Origin: Octopus bimaculoides
Taxonomy: Eukaryota
Reading direction: 5' to 3'
DNA: 64,000 nt
NCBI RefSeq assembly: GCF_001194135.2
Contig: NC_068988.1
Span: 33,407,042-33,471,041, forward strand
The translations under genes and the position numbers were made by a program. The notes under the pieces were generated by a model, which saw only the letters and a program-made list of their open reading frames with translations, did not search any database and was not told the origin of the DNA. Below, piece by piece: positions 13,270 through 25,415 of the stretch. The stretch's first letter is position 1. Each line of letters begins with the position of its first letter.

Positions 13270-13690
13270 CCGCTCTGTCTTCGGGAAGATACTCATTGGA
13301 ATATGTGCTGCAAGGTCATATTTATTCCTGGTACGAAGAAATGCTACCAGGGAAGAAAACGGATGTAGGAAGTGTGTTCATGGTAATAAGCATGACCTGG
13401 TGATCGATAAAACAGTTTTGAGGCATTGTAAAAGACATCTTATAAACACGTCTTTAACTTGGATTGACTTTCAGAAAGAGTATTATATGTTGCCTCATTC
13501 TGGGATCGTTGAATGCCTGCAGAGGTTTGGTGTTGCTGACAACACAAATTTTGTAATGCATAGCATGAAACAGTGGAAAACCAAATTGTACACAAGTGAT
13601 ATATTCATTGGAAAAGTTAATATTTAAAGGGTAATCTTCCAAGGTGACTCGTTTTCTCTATTACTATTTGTAATTTCACTAATTACCTAT
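13270..13690 (+). mobile_element. R4/Dong-type non-LTR retrotransposon RT fragment
   Basis: ENGCRKCVHGNKHDLVIDKTVLRHCKRHLINTSLTWIDFQKEYYMLPHSGIVECL...VNI*RVIFQGDSFSLLLFVISL, matching the EQKGC / WIDY.KAYD.VPH / GIFQGD.LSPLLF motifs. Confidence 0.85.
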
Positions 13691-13719
13691 ATCGATGACG
13701 CCTAGCAAAGTTAAGGCAT

Positions 13720-13747
13720 ATTAGTATTATTATTAATATTAATATTA

Positions 13748-13810
<63 letters not shown>

Positions 13811-13820
13811 GTAGTATTGC

Positions 13821-13865
<45 letters not shown>

Positions 13866-13866
13866 T

Positions 13867-13907
<41 letters not shown>

Positions 13908-13933
13908 GACCATCATCGGCATCATCATCATTA
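13720..13933. repeat. (ATT)n followed by (ATC)n microsatellite
   Basis: Directly visible. Confidence 0.95.
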
Positions 13934-14477
13934 TTGAGTTAGAGAACAGTGCATTCCACCAAAGGACAGTGGGGTAAAATATAAGAAAGCTCAGTATAAC
14001 CATCATGACTACCCGTCTGATAAGGGTACACCAGGCACATGCATCACAGTCATATATGCGCGACATGGTGATCTCATATCAAGAGAAACAGTGTATGACC
14101 TTGTAGCTAGGGCCCAGTAAGAAATTTCTTCGTGTCGAGTAGGCCATCCCAATCAAAAGGCCCCTGAATAAGAGTAGTTTCAGGATATTGAACAAAACAC
14201 ACTCGTTTCCAGATGTGAAGTATCCGAACTCCAAAGAATTTCTCTCAACACATGACTATCATACTCCCCACTGCTTCTGCTCGTCATCAGAGATGCACAT
14301 ATCATCAGCCACTAAGGGAAATGCTCAACTGGTTAAGATCAAACGACTGACAAGCACATCTGTGGTATTAAGCAGAATATTCGCTGTAGCCCATCGTTTA
14401 TACCAAGAGAAAACAATCTACATGATAGCACATCTAGTCAGTTAAGATCAGAAGTTATAAGAGTCAGTGTCTGGTAC
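13934..14477 (-). mobile_element. About 540-bp non-coding retroposon-like insert bounded by trinucleotide microsatellites
   Basis: Complex non-coding sequence with sharp borders against (ATC/ATT)n and (TTA)n; orientation inferred from its neighbours, whose (TAA)n tails lie on the low-coordinate side. Confidence 0.55.
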
Positions 14478-14479
14478 TT

Positions 14480-14489
14480 ATTATTGTTG

Positions 14490-14563
<74 letters not shown>
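14480..14563. repeat. (TTA)n microsatellite
   Basis: Directly visible. Confidence 0.95.
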
Positions 14564-14850
14564 TTATGTTTGACCTTTGTTTTGCATTTGTACAAGTTGG
14601 AGCCAAGTCTCACCCAGAGACCTCACGAGACAACAAGTTAGAAGTTTATGTAGGTGTTATGCGTAGGGTACCATATATTTGGATTTGTACATAGTGTTGT
14701 TCTAGAGAATGTTTGAAAAACCATAAGAAAATTATGTGTTTGTTTTAAAATTTGAGATCACATAGACAGTATTTTACGTAGGATATGGGCAGTTCCCATG
14801 AGCACTATCTTTTGAACTTCAGCCAATTTGAGGTTTTCTGGTATCTGAGC
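14564..14850 (-). mobile_element. R4/Dong-type element, 3' end with 3' UTR (5'-truncated)
   Basis: Minus strand AQIPENLKLAEVQKIVLMGTAHILRKILSM* (stop 14758-14760), the typical end of the restriction-like endonuclease (REL) domain, then a UTR and (TAA)n. Confidence 0.8.

Positions 14851-14909
<59 letters not shown>
14851..14909. repeat. (TTA)n microsatellite
   Basis: Directly visible. Confidence 0.95.
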
Positions 14910-15374
14910 GCCTTTGCACGGTATCTAACGCTGGAGACACCTCTTATCTTTCGAGCACCTTCCAGAGTATTCGAGAGGTTTCAAGCAGTGCCGTTTTCTG
15001 CAAGTGTTCCCCCTTATTGCAGCTCCTATTTGTTCCACGCACTTCTCGAGATTTTCGCTCACTGTTCCCAGGGCTCCGACAATTATTTGTACTGCTGCTA
15101 CCTTTTTCATCGACCACAACTGCTTATCTTTCCAAGCTAACCAGTCATATCTCTCGACTTTTCTCTCTTCCTTATCGCATACCCTGTTGTCTTCTGGGCA
15201 TGCTATATCTATGATCAAGCATAGTTAGTTTTCCTTCTCAATTAAGACTGTCCGGCTTCCTATTCTCTCTCTCATGGTTGCATTGAATCATAAAATCTCA
15301 TAGGATCTTTGCATTTCCATTTTCGACGATGGCTTCAGGTTGGTGGTCGGACCAATTTTAGCTCTATCAAGTCC
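14910..15374 (-). mobile_element. R4/Dong-type element, REL endonuclease fragment (second family)
   Basis: DHQPEAIVENGNAKIL*DFMIQC...IEKEN*LCLIIDIACPEDNRVCDKEERKVERYDWLAWKDKQLWSMKKVAAVQIIVGALGTV. Confidence 0.85.

Positions 15375-15453
<79 letters not shown>
15375..15453. repeat. (TTA)n microsatellite
   Basis: Directly visible. Confidence 0.95.
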
Positions 15454-15456
<3 letters not shown>

Positions 15457-18400
15457 TAGTTTTATTTTTATCACGTTCTTTCTCTGCACTGCCGAGTGCA
15501 GCTCTGTGTGCTTTGGGTATATGCTGTGGGTTGTTGTGATTCCCGTATTTTTAGTGTATTGAAAATGTTTTACGTAGGATGTATGCAATGTCTATTAGTG
15601 CTATTTTCTTTATGTTATATATACTAGTTTGTCCCGGTGTTTTGGTATATATTTGTCTCTATATTTGCTTATCAGACATGTTGTGCCTACTACGATACGA
15701 ATTGTTTCTGTTTCTAGACTCCACAGTCGAGTTACCTTTGTTTCTTGATCTTTGTATTTTGAAAGTTTCTACGTTTCTTCTAGAGAAACTTTGTTATCTG
15801 TTGGTATTGATGCATCTGTTAGAAAACATTTTTATCTTGCTGATCTCGGATAACTATATCCGGCGTATTGGCCTTAATTTCTCCATCTGTGTGCATAGGC
15901 AAATCCCAGAGTATGATTGCTCTCCCATTTTCTGTGAACTTTTCTTCTGGCGTTGCCCATACCATCTTTTTTTGCTGTTATTCCATAGTGTTCGCATAGC
16001 TTCCCAGTGTATATATATAGTTCCCAATTCTGTCGTGCTTGTGAATATATTCCTTCTTAGCCAGGACTGGACAGTCAGAGACAATATGATTTATTGTTTA
16101 TGACCCATCTGCGCATATTCTGCAGTTACTTGTATTTCTTTTCCTTACATTCGCTTTTTACTTTCTAGTGGGAAGGCTTTGATCTTTACTGCAATTAAAA
16201 ATCATTCTGTCTCTGCTTTGAGTCCTAAGCTTCTCAGTCATTTTTTAGGATTTTGTTTTTTCTATATGTTTTCTGTTTAGTTTAACGCAGTATTGTCCAT
16301 GAAGGGGCTTGTCTTTCCATCGTTCTATCATGATCTGTTGTTCCATGTTTAGTTTGGGTCTCCTTTTTTTTTACAGCCTTTGTTGTTTCTTCTTTTTCTT
16401 CATAGTTGTTCGGTACTATGACTTTTTTTTTTGTATTTTGTCAGCTTCCTTAGAGACTAAAAGCAGTTTTTTTGTTTTTCTCATATTTTGTTGCTATTTG
16501 TATTAGTTTTTCTTACTTAGTTCTCTCGTGGTTATTTTGTTATAGTTTTCTAGCTGTATTAGGCCTCTACCACTTTCGATAGGTTGTATATATTAAGTTT
16601 ATATGTGAGATTTTGAGTGGTGCATCCTAAATCCTGTCATTATATTTCTTGTTTTACTATCTACTTTGATTGGTCCATTTAAATCCACTTAAGTATATTG
16701 TAGCTGTAACTTATAACTGGGACGGCTAGAGTACTTATACCTATCATATTGTGTTTCGGACTGAGCTCTGATCTCAGTATTAATCTAACACGTCTATAGT
16801 ATTCTTCTCCTATCTTCTCTTTCATTTGTGTGTGTTGTTTCGTATCTAGTCGTTGATTGCTAAGTATTAGTATGTCTGGTTTTGGTTTAATTCTCTTATT
16901 TCATTTGCTTTATCTATTTTGATGTTGCTACTCTTAACTAGTGTTCGTCTTTTCAAGGTTGCTTTGGCACATTTTCTTAGCCAAATTTCATGTTTACATC
17001 TTCGGCAAATCCGTGTACTGTTTGCGGTAATATTTCCAGCTGTTTATCATTTATAGCGTACAATTTTATATCATCCATATACAAGAAGTGGCTGATTGTT
17101 TTATTTTGCCGTAACAGTTCTATCCACATCCAGTTCTGTTTAGCATGTCAGATAAAGGTATCAGTGCCAAGCAGAAAAGGAGTGGAGAGAGCATGTCTCC
17201 CTGGAATATTCCTCTACTAATAGGGGTGGCTTTGGTTTTCATTAGTCCATCTTTTATCTGGAACTGTAACACTGTCAGCTATTTATTCATGGAATGTTTT
17301 ATATATTTTATGATTAATGGTGCTGCCTTATTCATGGCTAGTGTTTCTAGAATCCATGTGTGGGGAATTCTATGAGCAGCCTTTCGGTAATCGATCCAGG
17401 TCATACATGGACACTCCTTATTTCTGCAGCTATCTTCAGTTATGGCTTTATTGATCAGTAGCTGTTCTTTACAGTCGTATGATCTCTTGCAGCATCTCTT
17501 CTGCTGTTCTGGAAACAAGTTGCTTTCTTCCAGATGTTCGCTCATTCGCTGCAATATTATTGCAGTAAAGGCTTTATAGATTGTAGGGAGACAAGTTATC
17601 GGTCTCTAAGTTTGAGAGTTTGCCGTTTCAGTGGATTTGGGAATTAGGATAGTTTCCCTTCCGTGAGCCATTCAGGCATTGTCTTTAGCTCTGGTAGTAT
17701 TTCATTAAATTGTTCAGCTAGCATTAATGTGTTCCTGTTAGGTATTTTAACCAGAATTTGGTAATCCTGTCATGTCCGGGTGTCTTCAAATTGCTTAGTT
17801 CTCGCAGTGCCTGGGTGATCTCTTCAGTCGTTATAGAAATCCTGGGGTTTTCAGGTACTGTGTTCGTCGTTTTGATATATCTTTACTGAAGTTGTTCTTT
17901 CGCCGACTATATTTCTTTCCAAAATTCTTCCACTTCTGCTGTTGGTGCTGCATTGATCAGTATATTATTTTTGCCACGTTCTTGGTAGAATCATTTGTGG
18001 TTAGAGCTTGAAGTGTTTGTTTTGTTCAAAGAAACGTTGGTGTTTCTCATACCGGCGGATTCTTTGTGCTTTCGTGAGGATATCTTGCTTTAGTAGTTCT
18101 TTTACCTCAGGTATGCCCTTTTCTGTAATTTTGTATTTATGTAGTATTTTTCTTCTCTTCTTGTTGCTTAGTAGTGTTGACCGTCTACTAGTTTTATTAA
18201 GGACTGGCAGATCCTTTGTCTAATTTTCTTTGTTTTTTGTCTGGATATTATTTATCCACAAGGTTTGTTTGGGTTGTGATGCTCCTCTTTCGATGTATTT
18301 TAGGCCGTATCCAGTTTCTTTTGTGGCCATAGAGGCTACTGCATATCATTATATCATTTAGCCTGGTCATATTGACATTTGTTTGCGTGGTTCTTAATTC

Positions 18401-19070
18401 TGGGTTCATGCTATTTATTATTGATGTTGTTTTATTATCAATTTCAATTTTTGGGAGGTACAAACGGTGGTCGATACTAAGATCTGTGGTGTTCAATTCT
18501 TTGATTATGCTCATTTTTAGAGTACCATAATCATTAGTTTCACCTTTTCCAGGTTTTAGATTTGTTTCGTATTTCCTCCTGTTCATATTTTTGTCTGTGG
18601 CATTCTGGTTTGGTGCATTTTGCTCATCTTTATACACTTTTACAGTCCGGGTTTGTTGTCTTTAATTGTTTACTTCGTTTTTGTTGAACATGTTACATCT
18701 ATCTTCATGTTTTACAGTCCCAGTGCTTATGATATCATTTGACATTGCTGTGTGGTTACTATCGTATTTTCTGATGTATTTTCCCTTTTAAGTGTTCTAT
18801 TTCTATTTCTCATATGTTTTTCGTTTTGAAGATATATCTCCGTACGTTAGCTAATTTATTAGTCTTTATTGCTGTATCTACATCTTTATCTAGGTCATTT
18901 TTCTTCCAGATTTTATATGCATATGAAATTAAGCGTGTAGGACTGAAATTATTTCTCTCGTTTCCATTTATGCTTCTTTTGTATTTTATTTGCTGGACAT
19001 GAAGAATAATGTCCGGCCCTTTATTTTGGTGGTCATCATTTTTGTAGGGTACCGGTCCGTTTATTTTTGC
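15454..19070 (-). mobile_element. Near full-length degenerate R4/Dong-type non-LTR retrotransposon (RT, CCHC knuckle, REL endonuclease)
   Basis: N-terminal KLANVRRYIF (about 18830); PEQQKRCCKRSYDCKEQLLINKAI...WIDYRKA (17400-17510); IFQGDMLSPLLFCLALIP; YMDD at 17070-17081; HIVSDCPVLAKKEYIHKHDRIG (about 16030-16090); C-terminal AYILRKTFSIH* (stop 15551-15553). Many frameshifts and stops. Confidence 0.9.
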
Positions 19071-19112
19071 GTTAAACAATTTCTGGTCATCCATAAACAG
19101 AAGATGGTTCAA

Positions 19113-19154
19113 TCATTATTATTATCATTATTATTATTAGTTTTACTATTATTA

Positions 19155-19185
<31 letters not shown>

Positions 19186-19238
19186 TGTTGTTGTTGTTGT
19201 TGTTTTTGTTTTTGTTGTTGTTGTTGTTGTTGTTGTTG
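19113..19238. repeat. (TTA)n grading into (TTG)n
   Basis: Directly visible. Confidence 0.95.
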
Positions 19239-19239
19239 T

Positions 19240-19325
19240 AAGTGCCAGTTACGCACTGGGGTCGATATAATCTACTAGCCATCCCCACCAAGGTTTCAGG
19301 ACTTGTGCCTATAGTAGAAAAGATC
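19240..19325 (+). mobile_element. SINE family A, 3' half
   Basis: aagtgccagttacgcactggggtcgatataatc...cttgtgcctatagtagaaaaga. Confidence 0.7.
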
Positions 19326-19327
19326 GT

Positions 19328-19328
19328 T

Positions 19329-19378
<50 letters not shown>

Positions 19379-19458
19379 AAAGAGTAGTAGCATTCGTAAC
19401 AGCAGCAGCAGCAGTAGTAGTAGTAGTAGTAGCAGCAGCAGCAGCAGTAGTAGTAGTA

Positions 19459-19522
<64 letters not shown>
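19328..19522. repeat. (ATC)n and (AGT/AGC)n microsatellites
   Basis: Directly visible. Confidence 0.95.
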
Positions 19523-19524
<2 letters not shown>

Positions 19525-20439
19525 TTTTTCTTGCTACATTACAATCTAAGCATTAACCTATATATAACTAATATGGGAGTATAGCTGATTATACAACTGA
19601 AAAATGATCTGACTTCATTACACTTATGTCAATTTTCTCCCTACGAAAATATTTTGAGTGTGTAAGAATTATCCATCTTACGTGGATGTTGGTGTATTTA
19701 TGCAGTAACGCTCATGCAACACACGATAAACAACTTAAGAGTCATGACAAGGAACGCTATATCATAGCACACTTAGTTTTTGTCAATTGCATATGGTATT
19801 CACTATAACTAAGGAAGTGCAACAACCTAAAACATTATTATCTTTGCAAAACGTATATTTGGAGCAATGCCACACAAATCATATTATTAACGTAATGTCA
19901 CACCCGAAGTAAAATTATAGAAAGAGTAAGCATAACTAAATATTTGTTGCATATTTTCAAAGTCTTTTTTTTTTTTTCACTTGACATGAGGCTATCAGAT
20001 AAACCTCAATTAAAGAAGTATACTAAACGATAAGTGTTTAGGTGCTTAATTTCACAGAAAGCATTTTCTCTTGTTTTTTTTTTCAAACTGACACATGCAG
20101 CAATTACAGTGAAACATAATATGCCTTCCTAGCAACGACAGATTTCGGTTCTATGAAGAGACCATCTATGTGACGAAAAAAAACATACTTACATTTCGTA
20201 CATATTAACACAGTGTATACAAATACATTGCCGATTTTTCTTTTAGACATAATTCTCGAAATGCCTCGTCTTCCGTTTTATAATGTTACTGTTCATAACG
20301 GCTAAGTTAATTTATATATACTTTATTCAAAAAGGTTGTGTGTGGTATAGGAAGCATATGATAGTTATTTAAAGCAGGTCTAGTCTCTTCATAGATGTTT
20401 TAACGAAGATTACACGCATACATGCACACATGCACATGA

Positions 20440-20870
20440 GAGGAGCTTGATCAAGGATCTCATAGATCTCATGTTACCCAGATCGAGGGACATCAAAGCA
20501 TGTGCAAGGATGCATCTTTGCCTCAGGCTAATATTAATTGGGAAGGAATCAAAGAGAGCATCTTTGATGATGATATGGCCAGACATTCCGTGGTGTAAAT
20601 CCTAAATGACGTTCGGAAAACCGTCGGGACAACTGAAGTGCGTCAGGCTGGCCATATTGCTGGTCTCGGTATGCTATCAAAAGTTTCCAAGTCCAAGAAC
20701 AGAACAAAGTAATGGCCTTTGATGATACCACAGGCGTGGCGAATACCACACTGTGATTCTGGTGGAGCTTCCTCGGAGATGACCAGTAATGTGACCAGCA
20801 GGATCCTAGGTTCAAAGGTTGTTATAGTCAGGAATGGTAGTAGAGATAATATGCGCATAAGACATACATT
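20440..20870 (-). mobile_element. RTE-type LINE RT fragment
   Basis: EEAPPESQCGIRHACGII...YFVLFLDLETFDSIPRPAIW resembles RTE LPESQCGFR...FIDLTKAFDS..R.ALW. Confidence 0.75.
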
Positions 20871-21855
20871 TCAAATAGTTTTGGGCAACCAGATTCGGTG
20901 AACAGGCATATTTATAAAATACGCCGTGTGTCTTAAAGTGATCTTTCCGGCTATATATAAACAGGGACATAGAGAGAGAGATAGCGGGAGAGAGAGGGGA
21001 GAGACGGAGCTAGTGAAAGAAAGAGAACGCGCGGGAGCTAGAGGGGAGAGAGGGAGAGAGAAAGTGAGAGAGACATATATACAGAGGCACACACACAGGC
21101 ACGCACACAGACACACACGCACACATACGCACACACACATACACACACAAACACGCACCCACACTCTCCTACTAGACAATGACACCAAAGATTCTTTTTG
21201 AAAAACAACTTCTTCAAAACAATCACACCTGCTTTTGCCATTCCTTTAAAAGGCTAAAAATAAACTTATCATTGAAAAGAACTAACCAGCTATGAACCCA
21301 ATTTTCTTCTTTTCTATTTCCCATCGACACACACACGCACACACAAAGACACACACACCAACACAAAAAAAGACNNNNNNNNNNNNNNNNNNNNNNNNNN
21401 NNNNNNNNNNNNNNNNNNNNNNNNNNNNNNNNNNNNNNNNNNNNNNNNNNNNNNNNNNNNNNNNNNNNNNNNNNNNNNNNNNNNNNNNNNNNNNNNNNNN
21501 NNNNNNNNNNNNNNNNNNNNNNNNNNNNNNNNNNNNNNNNNNNNTATATATATATCGATACATACATATATGCTTATGTGTGTGTGTCTGTGTGTGTGTG
21601 CGTGTGTGTATCTGTGTGTATGTGTTTGTGTGTAGGATGTTTCGATTAAACATGTTACTATAGATGATTTCGTTAGTTTAGCCATATGCCTCAGCAAATT
21701 AAATCTCTCTTCATATAACGGGTATATTTCGGTAGCAATATTTGAAGCATTTATGTTTATATCTTGATATTGGAGTAAAACTGTTTTGATTGATTGGAAA
21801 TATTATCTGACCCATCTAAGAAATGCATTTTTGATTAAATAAAGTTGTATTTCAG

Positions 21856-21888
21856 AAACGTTTTACATGCTACATTCAAATAAAGGGC
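21856..21888 (+). CDS. Candidate 33-nt microexon (phase 1: xTFYMLHSNKG)
   Basis: gttgtatttcag acceptor, GGC|gtgagt donor, frame-preserving length; no homology recognised. Confidence 0.25.
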
Positions 21889-23269
21889 GTGAGTAAACTG
21901 TGAATGTATCGAATTTATATAGCTCTAAACATTACCCGTGGAAAATTTCAGCAGTTTTGACAATTTTTTCCAGGGAAGATTTGAGCTCTTTTCTTCATTG
22001 TCCTTTCAGCATTAGAGAATGCATGATTGCTCAGATACTATTGACTTCTAATATGCAGCTGGTCAAAAGTGAAATATCGTTATTGCGAAACATTTTCTAG
22101 AAGCAGTGATATTTTAAAGAAAACGCAAGTTGTTATTGAATGGGGTTTCAGATACCGATTGAAATACCTATATTTACGTATGTTGCTTGTATACATTCTA
22201 CAGGGATTCTCAAACATATGCCATACCCAATTTTTGCTTAAATTTATGAAAATCACTTCGGCCATGAATATGTTCTCTATTTTTCATATATCTATAACCA
22301 CTGGATTCTTGAAAGAGGATAGGACAATTGTTGTGCTGATAACGCATTTGAAGCCAAATTAGCATTTAGTAACTGTGAAACATCATTTACAGGCTACGAT
22401 AAATCGAACGAATCAAGAATATGTGTTGTATAGTATTTTCTATACCTGCATTAGTCTATTCCGCTTATATATGTACATGAAACTAACAACTCAGAGCTAT
22501 TTCACTTTGCTCATTTTCCTGAAATAAATATGTGTGGTGGGGTGTATGTGTGAATGCGCGTTCTTTTGTACCTATGTATATATGTACGTATATGTATATG
22601 TTTGTATGTGTGCGCACGCGCCTGTGTGTATGTGTGTGTATACACATCTATGTGTGTGTTTGCATCTGTGCGTATATGTGCAAAGGAATCTACCTGCTAA
22701 TATCCTTATATCCAGTCACCATCTAACATTATTGTTCATTGTATTCTGATATATTATGATTCATAAGTAGGAAGCAGTGGAAATTAATGTAACTCAAATT
22801 GAGAATTTTGTGTATTAGACATACCGTTCATTGTTATACACCTTCATTCATGCTAAAATTCTATTCTTAGAATTATATTGATAGAGATATCTCATAATAT
22901 AACCATTCTAGTGTTTATTCTTATGAAATAAAAACACCCGAAGGTTAGAACGACAGATGAAATTATTTTTATGTGATATCTTGTTTCGTCTTACGTTGTG
23001 TCTTCAATTCGGGGAGTGTTTAATTTTAATTTTGTTTTCTCAAAGTTGAAAGAAGTTCAAAGAATGAGAGATTTAATCTGTTGACGCCGCACCAGCATTT
23101 GAAACACTACGACATGACATAAATTATATGAATAGTTACGCATTATTTGTAATCTACAATATAACCGAATCAAGACGTATACTATTTTGACTGATGAAAA
23201 TTGCATTCATTATATTTCCAGATAGAAAAGAAGTGGGTTAGACCAGGGTTATATACTTACATTTGACAG

Positions 23270-23414
23270 AAACCATCAATTTTGCAGCAAATACAACGAC
23301 CACGTTACCGACAAGTTACCCTACACTTCCATTAGCATTGACACGAAATACATCCGACTTAAATATTTTACCCGACAGATTCGGCCTTTCTTACCTATCC
23401 TACAATGTCAATTC
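23270..23414 (+). CDS. Candidate exon encoding a Thr-rich segment (xTINFAANTTTTLPTSYPTLPLALTRNTSDLNILPDRFG...)
   Basis: atttgacag acceptor, open phase-1 frame, weak TC|gtaaat donor or in-frame TAA; unverified. Confidence 0.2.
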
Positions 23415-24550
23415 GTAAATAAGCAAAAACAACATCGAAATGTCGAAGGCACGCCATAGTGAACGCCATAGTGAATGACTAAGAAGTGTAGTTAATAAGC
23501 ACTACATATGACAGAGCTAACTGAATGTCAAAGAGCTGCCATCAATCATCACAAGTACCCTACTTACATTGCAGCCAATTGGTTATTAAAATAACCACTT
23601 TCAAAATGCCATTCAACTAAACATGTACACAGTGATATATGATTAGTTGATCCTATGTTTATAGCGAATACTTACTCCCTAAACACACTTAGAATTTAAT
23701 GGAATCTTTGACCTCATACATGCTCAGAACATTCTATTCAGCCTGGTTGTGCACGAAACGTATATTACGTTATCTGGCAAAAATTTATTTATAAAAATTA
23801 TATATACGGTATACCATGTCAGTAAAAAAACAAGTGAAATAGTACAAGTTTTCGGTCGGTTATGCATGGTTCACTGCAGTCGGAGTATATTGTAAGATAC
23901 TCATAGGATCACACATCCAGTCAGAGCGTTTGAAGTGATGTACTAAGCTGGTAATGAAGTGATGTACTAGGCTGCTAATGAAAATACTAAAAGTTTTAAA
24001 AATCGATTCGTGTTGGCATTTAAGCTAAAATTATGAAGTCGTGTTATGTGTTATATGTTATACTTTAAGATACGAAAATAGATGCACGGTAAACGATAGC
24101 AGAAAGAAAACAAATATGATATCTAGCGCTTGCATTTTGACTCACATATTACATATTAGTGACGATAAGTTCAGAATTTCCAGTAGCTATAATTTTTTTC
24201 GGAATAGGTCATTAGAATAATTAGTAAATGCGCAACAAAAATACATTGCGTTAATGGAGAGGAAGAAATATTTTTGTTTATTATATTTTCGTTTAGTTAA
24301 TTACGTTCCTATAAAAACAACGGTGACATAAAACTGAATCGCTTTTTTAAAATATTTTAATTACAGGAATGCCAAACAAATGTATTTCCATAAATACAGA
24401 TGTATACATAGAAACATACGAAGACACACTTTCACACGCATATTTGTTGCTATGTAGAGGAAAGATGAATTAAATTTAGAAATAAGTATTTGGAAATTAA
24501 AATATTTAAATATTTAAAAAGAAAACAAGACGTTTAAAACTACATAAGTG

Positions 24551-24593
<43 letters not shown>

Positions 24594-25415
24594 NNNNNNN
24601 NNNNNNNNNNNNNNNNNNNNNNNNNNNNNNNNNNNNNNNNNNNNNNNNNNNNNNNNNNNNNNNNNNNNNNNNNNNNNNNNNNNNNNNNNNNNNNNNNNNN
24701 NNNNNNNNNNNNNNNNNNNNNNNNNNNNNNNNNNNNNNNNNNNNNNNNNNNNNNNNNNNNNNNNNNNNNNNNNNNNNNNNNNNNNNNNNNNNNNNNNNNN
24801 NNNNNNNNNNNNNNNNNNNNNNNNNNNNNNNNNNNNNNNNNNNNNNNNNNNNNNNNNNNNNNNNNNNNNNNNNNNNNNNNNNNNNNNNNNNNNNNNNNNN
24901 NNNNNNNNNNNNNNNNNNNNNNNNNNNNNNNNNNNNNNNNNNNNNNNNNNNNNNNNNNNNNNNNNNNNNNNNNNNNNNNNNNNNNNNNNNNNNNNNNNNN
25001 NNNNNNNNNNNNNNNNNNNNNNNNNNNNNNNNNNNNNNNNNNNNNNNNNNNNNNNNNNNNNNNNNNNNNNNNNNNNNNNNNNNNNNNNNNNNNNNNNNNN
25101 NNNNNNNNNNNNNNNNNNNNNNNNNNNNNNNNNNNNNNNNNNNNNNNNNNNNNNNNNNNNNNNNNNNNNNNNNNNNNNNNNNNNNNNNNNNNNNNNNNNN
25201 NNNNNNNNNNNNNNNNNNNNNNNNNNNNNNNNNNNNNNNNNNNNNNNNNNNNNNNNNNNNNNNNNNNNNNNNNNNNNNNNNNNNNNNNNNNNNNNNNNNN
25301 NNNNNNNNNNNNNNNNNNNNNNNNNNNNNNNNNNNNNNNNNNNNNNNNNNNNNNNNNNNNNNNNNNNNNNNNNNNNNNNNNNNNNNNNNNNNNNNNNNNN
25401 NNNNNNNNNNNNNNN
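24594..25415. other. Assembly gap
   Basis: N run; (TA)n on both sides. Confidence 1.

Noticed and set aside
13683-15588. PolyM, polyI, polyY and polyN ORFs
   Set aside because: Translations of (ATC)n/(ATT)n microsatellites.
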